Positions 25,855 through 38,870 of a stretch of DNA of 64,000 bases are shown piece by piece (position 1 is the stretch's first letter; every line of letters begins with the position of its first letter). Origin of the DNA: Eledone cirrhosa (Eukaryota); contig OZ024753.1 of the NCBI GenBank assembly GCA_964016885.1, positions 9,982,001 to 10,046,000 of the forward strand, written 5' to 3'. The translations under genes were made by a program, and so were the position numbers. The notes beneath the pieces were generated by a model that did not search any database, had not been told where the DNA came from, and was given only the letters and a program-made list of their open reading frames with translations.

Positions 25855-28270
25855 TCCACTTTACAGTGAGCAGTGGGTGCTTTTGCTGTGACACCTCCAC
25901 ATCCACTTTACAGTGTGAACTGGGTGCTTTTTGCTGTGAGACCTCCACATCCACATTACAGTGTGAACTGGGTGCTTTTTGTTGTGAGACCTGCACATCC
26001 ACTTTACAGTGTGGACTGGGTGCTTTTTGTTGTGAGACCTCCACATCCACTTTACAGTGTGAACTGGGTGCTTTTTGCTGTGAGACCTCCACATCCACCT
26101 TACAGTGTGAACTGGGTGCTTTTTGTTGTGAGACCTCCACATCCACTTTACAGTGTGGACTGGGTGCTTTTTGCTGTGAGACCTCCACATCCACTTTATA
26201 GTGTGAACTGGGTGCTTTTTGTTGTGAGACCTCCACATCCACATTACAGTGTGAACTGGATGCTTTTTGTTGTGAGACCTCCACATCCACTTTACAGTGT
26301 GGACTGGGTGCTTTTTGTTGTGAGACCTCCACAACCACATTACAGTGTGAACTGGATGCTTTTTGTTGTGAGACCTCCACATCCACTTTACAGTGTGGAC
26401 TGGGTGCTTTTTGTTGTGAAACCTCCACAACCACTTTACAGTGTGGACTGGGTGCTTTTTGTTGTGAGACCTCCACATCCACTTTACAGTGTGGACTGGG
26501 TGTTTTTTGTTGTGAAACCTCCACAACCACTTTACAGTGTGGACTGGGTGCTTTTTCTTGTGAGACCTCCACAACCACATTACAGTGTGAACTGGGTGCT
26601 TTTTGTTGTGAAACCTCCACAACCACTTTACAGTGTGGACTGGGTGCTTTTTGTTGTGATACCTCCACATCCACTTTACAGTGTGGACTGGGTGCTTTTT
26701 GTTGTGAGACCTCCACATCCACTTTACTGTGTGAACTGGATGCATTTTGTTGTGAAACCTCCACATCCACTTTAGAGTGTGGACTGGGTGCTTTTTGTTG
26801 TGAAACCTCCACATCCACTTTACAGTGTGGACTGGATGCTTTTTGTTGTGATACCTCCACATCCACTTTACAGTGTGGACTGGGTGCTTTTTGTTGTGAG
26901 ACCTCCACATCCACTTTACAGTGTGGACTGGGTGCTTTTTGTTGTGAGACCTCCACATCCACTTTACTGTGTGAACTAGGTGCTTTTTGTTGTGAAACCT
27001 CCACAACCACTTTACAGTGTGGACTGGGTGCTTTTTGTTGTGAAACCTCCACAACCACTTTACAGTGTGGACTGGGTGCTTTTTGTTGTGAAACCTCCAC
27101 AACCACTTTACAGTGTGGACTGGGTGCTTTTTGTTGTGAAACCTCCACAACCACTTTACAGTGTGGACTGGATGCTTTTTGTTGTGAAACCTCCACATCC
27201 ACTTTACAGTGTGGACTGGGTGCTTTTTGTTGTGAAACCTCCACAACCACTTTACAGTGTGGACTGGGTGCTTTTTGTTGTGAAACCTCCACAACCACTT
27301 TACAGTGTGGACTGGATGCCATTTGTTGTGATACCTACGCAACCACTTTACTGTGTGGACTGGATGCTTTTTGTTGTGATACCTCCACATCCACTTTACA
27401 GTGTGGACTGGATGCCATTTGTCGTGACCCCTACACGACCACTTTACAGTGTGAACTGGGTGCTTTTTGTTATGACGCCTACACAACGACTTTACAGTGT
27501 GGACTGGGTGCTTTTTGTCATGACACCTCCACAACGACTTTACAGTGTGGACTGGGTGCTTTTTGTCATGACACCTCCACAACCACTTTACAGTGTGGAC
27601 TGGATGCTTTTTGTTGTGATACCTACACAACCACTTTACAGTGTGGACTGGATGCCATTTGTTGTGATACCTACGCAACCACTTTACAGTGTGGACTGGA
27701 TGCTTTTTGTTGTGATACCTACGCAACCACTTTACAGTGTGGACTGGATGCCATTTGTCGTGACACCTCCAGGACCACTTTACAGTGTGGACTGGATGCC
27801 ATTTGTCGTGATACCTACACAAGCACTTTACAGTGTGGACTGGATGCCATTTGTTGTGATACCTACGCAACCACTTTACAGTGTGGACTGGATGCTTTTT
27901 GTTGTGATACCTACGCAACCACTTTACAGTGTGGACTGGATGCCATTTGTCGTGACACCTCCAGGACCACTTTACAGTGTGGACTGGATGCCATTTGTCG
28001 TGATACCTACACAAGCACTTTACAGTGTGGACTGGATGCCATTTGTCGTGACACCTCCAGGACCACTTTACTGTGTGGACTGGATGCTTTTTGTCGTGAT
28101 ACCTCCACAACCACTTTATAGTGTGGACTGGATGCCATTTATCGTGACACCTCCAGGACCACTTTACAGTGTGGACTGGATGCCATTTGTCGTGACCCCT
28201 ACACGACCACCTTACAGGGTGGGCTGGGTGCTTTTTTTGCCGTGTCACCATCACGACCACTTTACAGTGT
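25855..28270. repeat. 39-bp minisatellite (~60 copies) expanded inside an RTE 3'UTR/SINE fragment
   Basis: Unit CCACTTTACAGTGTGGACTGGGTGCTTTTTGTTGTGAGACCTCCACAT-like. It follows GGATGCCCTTCCTAATGCCAAC; the same unit is present in 1-3 copies in dispersed elements. Confidence 0.95.
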
Positions 28271-28696
28271 TTCGGCCTGTCAGATGTAAATGTTATTTTT
28301 TGTTGTTAATTAGCACCAAGTCAACACAGCTGATGAAGGCCTGAAATTAGATTGGTCAGATAACCACCTCTTGTTCATACACTCCATATTTGGCTTGGTT
28401 TCAAGGGCTGGATGCCTTTCGTAATGCCAATCACTTTACAGAATGTACTAGGAGCCCTTGTCTACCATTTCATATCATATGCATACATACACACACTCAT
28501 ATATATATGTGGGGGGAGATTGTGCATATACACATATATATATATATATGTGGAGGGGTTGTATATATACACACACACACATATATTTATATTATACCCC
28601 CAACACACATCATCTCATGTTTTATAATCTTGTAATATATGATTGTCTTTTATTACCAGTTAAGAAAGTCTATAAAGTTATTTTCTGTTGGCTTAA

Positions 28697-28946
28697 CCCT
28701 TTAGCATTTAAATTGGCCGTATCCGGCCAGCCAGAAATCTCTCACCTCTTTCTGTTAAAACCAGCCACTCATACTGATGTTCAAACCAGCCGTAACTGGC
28801 TGCTCATACTTATATTAAGGTATTGTTCTCAAAATAAATAATATAAAAATCTCATAGATTCGATATTATGTGAGATAATTATGTAAGGTAAAGCCCTTAC
28901 CACACACATACAATAGGAAATAGAGAGTAACGTAAATGCTAAAGAG
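28697..28946. mobile_element. piggyBac-type MITE
   Basis: TTAA|CCCTTTAGCATTTA ... TAAATGCTAAAGAG|TTAA. Confidence 0.8.
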
Positions 28947-29828
28947 TTAACGTAACAAGCATCAAAAAGTCTAATTAGAAATACTTATGCAGAGATGATA
29001 AGACACTATATTTCAATGCCTAATATTGCATCAAACATTTTGGTAATTATGAGAGACAACTTTGGATATATCTTAGTCTTATTAGACCTCCTCAGCATAG
29101 TGTAATCTCACTGTACTTGATGATGTAGAGATGATTTAAGTATTGTTCTCAAAATAAATAATATCAAAATCTCTTATTTGGCCAGTTTAAATGTTATAGG
29201 GTTAACTGTTAACACAATTTTAACAATAATATTCACATTTAAACAGGTTGTATCCGGCCAGAATTCTCTCACCTCTTTCTGTTCAAACCGGCTGTAACTG
29301 GCCACTCATATCATATCATATTGTTCTCAAAATAAATAATATCAAAATCTCATAGATCCAATATTATAATAATAATAATAATAATGAAATTATTGTGTAC
29401 AGTGCTCAGGTGCATGTATAGTACATAGAATAATGTACAAATGTCAGGAAAATGAACAGTGTACGAGTCATGATATAATAATAATAACAATAATGAAATA
29501 TTATGTACAGTGCCCAGGTGCACCACAACTCATCAAAAAAGTGCATGTAGTGTACATAGGGCAATGCACAAACATCAGTAAAATGAACAGTGCACGAGTC
29601 ATGATACACACGTGTGCATGTGTATGGAAGGGGTACATCAGGTGTAGTTTTGGAGTATTTCTATTTATGTGAGATAATTATGTTAGATAAAGCCTTTACC
29701 ACCAAAATACAATCATATATAGAGAGTAATGTAAATGGTAAAGGCTGAAAGAAATAATAAAACTCTGCAAATATCTGGAATGATATTTGAACGACAAACA
29801 AAAAGTAAACCTATAAAGAAACACTTAC

Positions 29829-29882
29829 CTTAAAATCTACTTTTTATCCCAGGTGAGCCAAAGTTTGAAATAGATTTAGTTC
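29829..29882 (-). other. Candidate 54-nt exon (stops in all frames; non-coding/UTR)
   Basis: Strong acceptor ctttttctttcataacag| and donor AAG|gtaagt. Confidence 0.35.
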
Positions 29883-29944
29883 CTGTTATGAAAGAAAAAG
29901 AAATATACTAAGTATAGAATTGTTAGTGATATAGAAAATATAAA

Positions 29945-30523
29945 AAGAGGGTGTTCCGAGGCCATAGTATCTAGAATAAGGACGGGTTGGAAGAAGTTTA
30001 GGGAGCTGCTTCCTCTGTTGACGAAGGGTTTCTCCCTGCGTACGAAAGGCCGGTTGTATGATGCCTGTGTGAGGAGCGCGATGCTGCATGGTAGTGAGAC
30101 ATGGGCAGCAACCGCAGAGGATATGCAACGGTTGGAGAGAAATGAGGCAAGCATGCTCCGTTGGATGTGCAGCGTAAATGTGCGTGAACGACCCAGCATA
30201 AATGTGTTGAGAGAGAAACTGTGTCTGAGAGGGATAGAATGTAGTGTACGGGAGAGGAGACTGAGGTGGTATGGACATGTGATGCGCATGGAGGATGACC
30301 GATGGGTGAAGAAGTGCCAGGAAATGCCAGTTGAAGGAAGACGTGGTAGAGGTAGACCACGAAAAACATGGGCGGAGGTGGTGAGAACAGACCTCAGATC
30401 ATTGAAGCTCACGGTGGAGATGACGAGGGACCGTGACGAGTGGAGAGATGCTGTGCTGAATAAGACCCGTCCCACCCTTGCAAGCAGGGAAAAGCGGACG
30501 TAAAATGATGATGATGATGATGA
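29945..30523 (+). mobile_element. RTE LINE 3' fragment with (TGA)n tail
   Basis: ORF: KGRLYDACVRSAMLHGSETW...RRLRWYGHVMRM...GRPRKTW. Confidence 0.9.
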
Positions 30524-30715
30524 AACGGGACATACATACACAAAAGCTAATAAGGTAGCTAGTAGGTAGTTATATGGCATGCAAGAAACAGTAGCCAAAT
30601 GTCCCTCAAATTGCACCCAACCATCTTTGAATGACGATATTGCAGTGACATAAAAATAAATATGACAGTTGTGACTGGAATGTCTTTGAACATAGGATTG
30701 ATCAATCAAGATGGA

Positions 30716-31278
30716 TATGGGTTAGTGGTTAGAGCATTGTGGGCTTGCAATCGAAAGGTTGTGAGTTTGATTCTCGGACTGGGTGATGCGTTGTGTCCTT
30801 GAGCAAGACACTTTATTTCGCGTTGCTCTAGTTTACTCAGTTGTAGAAATGAGTTGTGACGTCACTGATGCCAAGCTGTATCGGCCATTGTCTTTCCCTT
30901 GGACAACATCATATATAATGTATATAGAGTATAGAGTGTATCATCATCATTTCATTTTACGTCCGCTTTTCCCTGCTTGCAAGGGTGGGATGGGAACTGA
31001 TTCTGGCTTGATTTCTACAGCTGGATGCCCTTCCTAACACCAACCTCATTTACAGTGAGTGCTGGGTGCTTTTTTGCGGTGGTACCTCCACAACCTCTTT
31101 GCAGTGGAATGATAGGGACCCCAGTCCCTATCATCTCATTTCTACAGCTGAGTAAACTGGAGCAATGTGAAATAAAGTGTCTTGCTCAAGGAAACAACAC
31201 ATCACCCGGTCTGAGAATTGAACTCACAACCTTTCGATTGCAAGGCCAATGCTGTAACCACTAAGCCATGTGCCTCCA
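30716..31278. mobile_element. Two tRNA-derived SINE copies (30716-30910 +, 30945-31278 -)
   Basis: Both have the TAGTGGTTAGAGCATT head and CTTGAGCAAGACACTTTATTTC body. Confidence 0.8.
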
Positions 31279-31431
31279 TATATATAAATTTTGAGTATAT
31301 GTTGGTTGTATACCAACACCTCAGTATGCAGATTGGAGCACTCGACGAAGTGCGCAGGTTGGTTTGGTTACTCCGGAGTAATGTAAAATAAAATAAATAA
31401 GTCAAATATTTAAAATTTGGCTTCGTTTATT

Positions 31432-31486
31432 ACTGCTATATATATTTCGGTGACAGCCATCTTTGGCTGTGACCTCTTCAGGCAGT
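31432..31486 (-). ncRNA. Minimal type I hammerhead ribozyme (divergent family) in element ~31280-31690
   Basis: ACTGC-CTGAAGA-GGTCACAGCCA aaga TGGCTGTCACC-GAAA-TATATA-TA-GCAGT, with perfect stem I. Confidence 0.9.
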
Positions 31487-32059
31487 CTGAAGTAGTGTGG
31501 TAGAGACGAGTCCACATGTTGTTGAGGTGTTTAACGTCAATACTCTGATATGCCCAGTTCCTGGTTGGGTTGTTATTTCTCTGAGGAACTGGAATCATAT
31601 GAATTCAAACAAACGAATTTCAGCGTGAAAGGACATCCTCTCACCCCATTGGTCAGTTGTGAGAACATTCCTCAGTCAAAAGTCTATAGAAATTCTTTCT
31701 GAGGCGAGGCAATCTGTAGTGGTTGTTTTTGTTATTGTTAAGTACATCTGACCTCTTCCTTTATGTTGGTAGTGGTGTTGGTGCTGGGGTCAGCATAGTA
31801 TGTTGTGACGTCACTTGGACATCATTGGAAGTGTGGAGAGAAGAGGCTGGTGTACATGGGCGACTGCTGGTCTTCCACAAACAACCTTGCCCGGACTTGT
31901 GCCTCGGAGGGAAACTTTCTAGGTGTAAATTACATGGTCATTCATGACTGAAGAGGGTCTTCAATATGGGATAAAACACTATCAAAGTACACATAAACAG
32001 ATATGGGAATAAAAACAAAATATAGCAACAATTATATAAGTGATCCACAAAATGTTGTA

Positions 32060-32394
32060 CAAGGGTTAGCTTAAAAGTTCATAGGCTGACCAAGATACTC
32101 TCATGGAATGACCAAATGAGGTTTATTTTTCAACAGTCCCTGGAAAGAAACAATGCAGTTTATTAATAAGAGTTGAAATTAATGCAAGCAAGATTTCACA
32201 GCTCTAGCATCACTCCTTCATAGTCTGACCAAGATACTCTCATGGAATGACCAAACGAGGTTTATTTTTCAACATAGTCCCTGGAAAGAAACAATGCAGT
32301 TATTAATAAGAAGAGTTGAAATTAATGCATGCAACATTTCAGTCCTAGCATCTCTCCTTCATAATCAGCCTATGAACTTTTCAATCACTTCTCG
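32060..32394. mobile_element. Tc1/mariner-type MITE with internal duplication
   Basis: TA|CAAGGG...AAAAGTTCATAGGCTGA ... TCAGCCTATGAACTTTT...CTCG|TA. Confidence 0.75.
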
Positions 32395-32492
32395 TAATAC
32401 CAATAATGTCATGTACTGTATTAGCAAGACACGTTTATAAAATACAAAACAACACCATGGTTGCATCACATTAAAAAAATGAAGACATTTAA

Positions 32493-32713
32493 CCCTTTAG
32501 CATTTACATTACTCTATATATACTATTGTATTTTCATGGTAAACACTTTATTTCACATAATTATCTTACATAATATCGAATCTATGAGATTTTGATGTTA
32601 TATATTCTGAGAATAATACCTTAATATCAATATGAGCAGCCAGTTATGGCTGGCTTGAACAGAAAGAGGTGAGAGAATTCTGGCCGGATATGGCCGCTTT
32701 AAATGCTAAAGGG
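32493..32713. mobile_element. piggyBac-type MITE
   Basis: TTAA TSD; CCCTTTAGCATTTA TIRs. Confidence 0.85.
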
Positions 32714-34209
32714 TTAATACTGTAAATTTTCAGAACAATATTTCCACTTGTAAAAATACTATAATAAACATTTCAATTAACAAACCTGTTTTTTCTTTAA
32801 GAAATTTTCTGCTGAATCATTATGGCATGTTTAGAGTAAAGGCTGACACCATATTGTCACCATTGAAAAGCGGACAATTTTGATGACTATTCTCAGTCAA
32901 ATTCAACTCAATTTATGGAACAAGATTCGTTTCATCCTAATTTGTATTTTGTACATTGTTATCATATTTGAACCTTGGAACCCCGCCGCCTCATCACCAC
33001 CACACCCATTGTGTGGGTCTATTGGGAAATTCTAACTAACAACATAACAGAACATAAAAGTACTGGGTAGGAAAAACAAACACTAGATGTGAAGTATAGA
33101 AAAAAAAGTGAAGAATTTTATCAAAAGTTCATTCTTTAACATATGTTTCAATACAATATAAGTCTACATATATTTATTCTAAGATATGATGAACTTGTAG
33201 TATTTACAAACACACGTGTATGTAGCGATATATTCAGACCTATCAATTCTCCCACCCAGTTTGGGGTGGGTGAGAGATACCTTCTCTTGTGAAAATGGGT
33301 ATTAATGGGTATCATTATGTAAAATCTCCCATTTTGCCTCATTTCTCCCTGTTTTGGGGCACTTCTTTTCATGGTACTCCCTGTTTTAGAGCTTGGCAGG
33401 TCTGCATATATATATATATATATATCATCATCATCGTTTAACATCCATCTTCCACGCTAGCATGAGTTGGATGGTTTTGTCCCACTTGAGGCGAGATTGG
33501 CTAGGAGACCGTGTCTTGCTCGTACAGTACTGTATCTGGCAGGTTTTCTACAGCTGGATGCCCTTCCTAACATCAACCACATTTACAGTGTGTGGACTGG
33601 GAGCCTTTTTACTGTCTCCCACACGACCACTTTACTGTGTGGACTGAGTGTTTCTTGTCGTGTCACCTACACGACCACACACAAGCCGAAACCGCTTCGC
33701 GCCACGGTCGGGATTTTACATATCTATATACCCACTATACATTTCCCCATGTATCAAGTACTCACATGATTAGTGGTCTCCTTAGTCACAGCACCGCAGA
33801 CATATATATATATATATATAACCGAGCCTAAGATGGGTAGCTCAAGATCCATTCCATATTTATGTCATAGTGATGAGATTCTGGTTTTGCTTGATTAACA
33901 AATCTGATAAGATTGGGGTTGGAGTCAGGTCTCTAACATAAATATGGATCTTGAGTCACAAAACCTGATTGTGAAACCTCTTTTGTTCTTCATGATATAT
34001 ACACTCTGCTATTGTATAGAGTGCTAATATTGGTACCTTCCTCAGTAAACCACAAATCTATTACCTGCTTGTAGCACAAGTGCAAGAAGGAAGACTTATT
34101 TCCCAGCCAAGCTGTGTGGGCCTCCTTTGCTTGGATGGCACCAGTGACCTCTTGATTGAACCAAGGGGTACTCCTGCCATCAGGTGTTACACCAAGCCAC
34201 TTTTGCCCG

Positions 34210-34552
34210 CAGAGACCACAACCCTTTTCAGGGATTTCCAGGCTAATCGAAAAGTAGGATGAATATACCCTCAAACCAAAGACCACAACCCTTTTCAAAG
34301 ATTCCCAGGCTAATCGAAAAGTAGGATGAATATACCCTCAAACCAGAGACCACAACCCTTTTCAAAGATTTCCAGACTAATCAAAAAGTAGGAAGAATAT
34401 ACCCTCAAATCAGAGACCACAACCCTTTTCAAAGATTCCCAGGCTAATCAAAAAGTAGGAAGAATATACCCTCAAATCAGAGACCACAACCCTTTTCAAA
34501 GATTCCCAGGCTAATCAAAAAGTAGGAAGAATATACCCTCAAATCAGAGACC
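34210..34552. repeat. 67-bp tandem repeat, about 5 copies, next to a LINE remnant (TPWFNQEV)
   Basis: Period measured 34411 to 34478. Confidence 0.9.
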
Positions 34553-34928
34553 TAACTTAAATGCCTTGTAACAGAGTGGACTCCAGGTACACAAGGTCCA
34601 TGTGGTGGTGTTAACCTGGGCTATGGATTAAGTTTACCATCTAGGTAAGCCACAGTAAGATTTGAATGCTGAATGTAAAGAGTTAGAATATACCCAACAC
34701 TCCCATCCAATACTCTAAGGATTCTACCAATTCCCTAAGCTTGACCAGCATTCCAATTATGGACCCTGGAAAGATGGAAGGCAAAGTTGAATTCTGTAGG
34801 ATTTTGAACTCAAAGGAGCAGGAATAAATACAGCTGTGACAATTTTTCATTTACTAGAATTTTTTCAACATGCTGACGCCTGTGTATATGTGTGTATGTG
34901 CATATGCATACATTTATATGTATGAGTA

Positions 34929-37555
34929 TCATCATCATCATCATCAACGTTTAACGTCCGTGTTCCACGCTTGCATGGGTTTGGACGGGGGTAGTCCCAC
35001 TTGAGGCAAGAGTGATTGTCTTGCTCGCATAGGACTGTCTGGCAGGTTTTCTACAGTTGGATGCCCTTCCTAACACCAACCACATTTACAGTGTGGGTCT
35101 GGGAGGTTTTTACCGTGTTGCCTACACGGCCACATTACAGCGTGGACTGTGTGTTTTTTTGTCGTGACACCTACACGATCTCATTTGTTTCGGCCTGGAT
35201 GGCGCGGCACCAACATAACTTTACATAGAACGGGGTGGTGTGGATGGGGTGGGGGTGGTGGCGGGACGGGGTGTATTTTGTTAGAGATGCCTACTGGCAA
35301 GGCGGGTCTTCTCTGTTACTGAGTACCGCCAAAGGTCTCGGTCCAGTGACATTGTCTTGGAGAGGTGTAAGTGTGTGAGGTCGGAGTTTATCAGCTCGTC
35401 CCAGGTTTTTCTAGGTCTGCCTATTCCGTGACTACCGTCTATCTTTATTGCCCTGCACTTTGTTATACAGCTATCGACTTTCATGCGCATCACGTGTCCA
35501 TACCAACGCAGCCTTCTCTCGAGTAAACAACATCTGATCCCTCTTATCTCTAATTTTTTCCTTAGTTCGTTTATGCTTTGCCGTTCACGTATATTACTGT
35601 TACACATCCAGCGGAACATGCAAGCTTCGTTCCTCTCTAGTCTGCGTATATCCTCTGCACACAATGCCCAGGTCTCACTACCATGCAACATTGCTGTTCG
35701 TATGCAGGCATCGTACAACCTGCCTTTCATTTTTAGGGAGAACCCTTTAGCAGCTAATAGTGGTATAAGCTCTCTGAACTTTTTCCAACCAGTTCTGACT
35801 CTAGCTACAGTACTTTCAGAGCACCCTCCCCCACTGCTGATTTTATCGCCCAGGTAACGGAAGCTGTCCACTATTTCTATAGAACCCTCTGCGCAATTGA
35901 AAGAGCTAGTATTTTGTGGGCACTTGCTGCTACTTATTGCACCAGAACACCGGCCACATGTAAAATCTATGTTCTTAGTTAGCTTACCTGTGATCCCACT
36001 ACATCTTTTATGCACCCATACTTTGCATTTAGGACATAAAATGGAGTTTCTACCTACGCCTTTCCTACACACCGAGCACGACCATTTCCCAAAAGGGACC
36101 GCCGCCTTGTTTTCTTTCCTACAAACTAGAACTTTGGTCTTAGCCAGGTTAATTTTAAGTCCTTTTGACTCTAGGCCGTGCTTCCATGTTTGGAATTTCT
36201 TCTCTAGCTCGGCCATTGATTCCGCTATGAGTGTCAGGTCGTCTGCGTATAGGAGTTCCCATGGGCAGCCTGTCTTGAACTCCTCTGTTATAGCCTGAAG
36301 GGCAATAATAAATAGTAGGGGGCTGAGAACAGAGCCCTGATGGACGCCAACTTTTACGCTAAACTCTTCACTATATTCGTTGTTAATTTTAACCTTGCTG
36401 ACTGTTTCTTTATACATGGCTTGTATAGCCCTCACAAGCCATTCGTCAACGCCTAGTTTTCTAAGAGCCCACCAGATAATGGAGCGGGGGACTCTGTCGA
36501 AGGCTTTCTCCAGGTCGACAAAAGCTAAGTAGAGGGGTTTACCTTTAGCTAGGTACTTCTCCTGTAGTTGTCGTACTATGAAAAGAGCGTCTGTGGTGCT
36601 TTTGCCTGACACAAACCCGAACTGCATTTCATCTAGGTCAATTCTCTCTCTGATTAGTTGCGCTATTACTTTTTCCGTGACCTTCATGACCTGGTCGATT
36701 AATTTAATGCCTCTATAGTTACTCCTATCTAGGGCGTCTCCTTTACCCTTGTTGCAGTTAATGATGATGCTGCTATGCCAGTCCTTCGGAACAACCCCAT
36801 TCTGTACGACTTGGTTAACTATGCGGGTGACCATGGTGTGTCCCACCGTGCCAGATGCCTTCAGCATCTCAGCAACTACTTCCGAAGGCCCAGCCGCCTT
36901 ACCCGTCTTCATATCCTTGATTGCCTTACTTATTATACTCCCCTCGACTAACACTGCTGGTCCCTCTATCGGGTCGATATGGGGGAGACTGTCTTTCTCC
37001 CATTTATTCTCCTCATTTAGTAGCCTTTCATAGTGACACTTCCAAGCTACCTTCTTATCAGTGTCGGTGATGGCAAGTATGCCATCATCGTTAAGTACAC
37101 ACTTCTCCCCGACAATATCACGGTTTTCCTTGACGCATTGCCTAGCAATCCTGAACACCTCACGTTTTTGGTCATCGCGTTGTAGAACATGCTTGAACTT
37201 TCTTTCCTCAGCTTCCCTTCTTGCTAAGTACACTTCTCTCCTAGCTTCCCTCCTGGCCACTTGATAGTCTACTCTACTTCCCCCATCCCGCCATACTTTC
37301 CAAGCCTGCTTTTTGGCCTTAATTGACCCCTCCACCCTACTGTTCCACCACCATGTTACTCTCCTCCTGCCTACAGGCCTGCTCCAGCCACAGACTTCGT
37401 CTGTCGCCAACAGCAGGTTTGCTTTCAGAAATTCCCACTGTCCCTCTATATTGTCCGATTCTAGATGCTCTTCCTTACTGTCGAAAGCATCAAGTAATAT
37501 GCTTTGAAATTTATTTCTGGCTGTGGGGTCCTTTAGTTTCCATATTTTCCTCCTG
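34929..37555 (-). mobile_element. 5'-truncated RTE-clade LINE
   Basis: RT ORF, a ~350-bp 3'UTR and a (TGA)n tail. The APE domain is missing. Confidence 0.95.
35281..37555 (-). CDS. RTE reverse transcriptase ORF (partial, uninterrupted ~758 codons) with PHD-like finger
   Basis: Motifs NYRGI, QFGF, AFVDLEKAFDRV, GVHQGSVLSPLLF, LLYADD, FRYLG and RRLRWYGH. The N-terminal ~16 residues of the listed ORF are flanking DNA. Confidence 0.9.
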
Positions 37556-38604
37556 AGGATATAAATATAAACGTGCAAACAGACATGCTTACAAAAATAC
37601 ACACATATACATTCATGCAGGCAGCATACGTAAAGAGAGAGTAGTAGTATGAGCTAGTTGAACTACTCTCTCTTTATGTGTTGTGACAGATTGCAGAAAT
37701 TTATATATAGATTCATTCAAATATTTAATTATTTTCAAAATGAATTGCATCACAGGCAGAATATTTCATTAAAAATACAGGCTATGAATAAAATAAACAC
37801 TAAAATTGTTGAATACCCATGGAGAATATTTATTTTCCACTTCAGTAGTAAGTAAACATCTTGCTGTGAAGTTAATGTGATAGTATACCCAGAAAAATAT
37901 CACAATTTCAACTTACGACATTCATGTAAATCTGTAACTTTATAACTATACATATGTTGAGTGGTGAAAACTAAGTGGCATGTCTTAGGCATGTCTTATC
38001 AGTTATTCTACAGAAAAAGAAAAAAAAAAAAGAGAAAACTAAAACAAAAATATATAAAATCTCTTATAGATAAAACAAAGAAACAAGTCTTTCCCAAATA
38101 GCTCTGCACTTTACAACATATAAAGCAGAATATGAAGGACTATGTTTTTATACACATGTATGATGGACCTGGGACATATGCTAATTTAACCCTTTAATGT
38201 TCAAACCGGTCAGAATTCTCTACCTCTCTGTTGAAACTGGCTGTAACTGGTCGCTCAAACTGATGTTAAGGTATTGTTCTCAAAATAAATACTTTCAAAA
38301 TCTCATAGATTCAATATTATGTGAGGTAAAGCCTTTACCATGAAAATATAATAGTTTATATAGAGTAATGTGAATGCTAAATATTTTTGCTTGACAAGCA
38401 AACCCAAATTTATTAGATAGAATTAACATTTAAACTAGCCCTATCTGGCCAGAATTCTCTCACCTCTTTCTGTTCAAACTGGTTGTAACCAACCACTCAT
38501 ACTGATGTTAGGGTATTGTTCTCAAAATAAATAACACCAAAATCTCATAGATTCGATATTATGTGAGGTGAAGCTTTTACCATGAAAATAAAATAGTATA
38601 TATA

Positions 38605-38870
38605 TAAGCTGTAGTGTGTGGGAGAGAAGACTGCGTTGGTATGGACATGTGATGCGCATGGAGGATGACTGCTGGGTAAAGAAGTGCCAAGAAATCCCTG
38701 TGGATGGAAGACCACGAAAATCATGGGCGGAGGTAGTGAAAGCTGACCTCAGATCGCTGAAGCTCGCAGAGGAAATGACGAAGGACCGTGATGAATGGAG
38801 AGATGCTGTACTGAATAGGACCCATCCCACCCTTGCAAGCAGGGAAAAGTGGATGTATCATGATGATGAT
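38605..38870 (+). mobile_element. RTE 3' fragment inserted in a piggyBac-type MITE remnant
   Basis: RRLRWYGHVMRM...; MITE body at 38420-38600 and terminal AAAGGGTTAA at about 38880-38889. Confidence 0.8.

Noticed and set aside
25814-28344. Long repetitive ORFs on both strands; CRISPR-like appearance
   Set aside because: 39-bp tandem units without unique spacers, derived from a retroelement 3'UTR. No cas genes; eukaryotic context.
32890-32996. Possible minus-strand C/D box snoRNA (GTGATGA...CTGA)
   Set aside because: No terminal stem or recognisable guide; the boxes are expected by chance.
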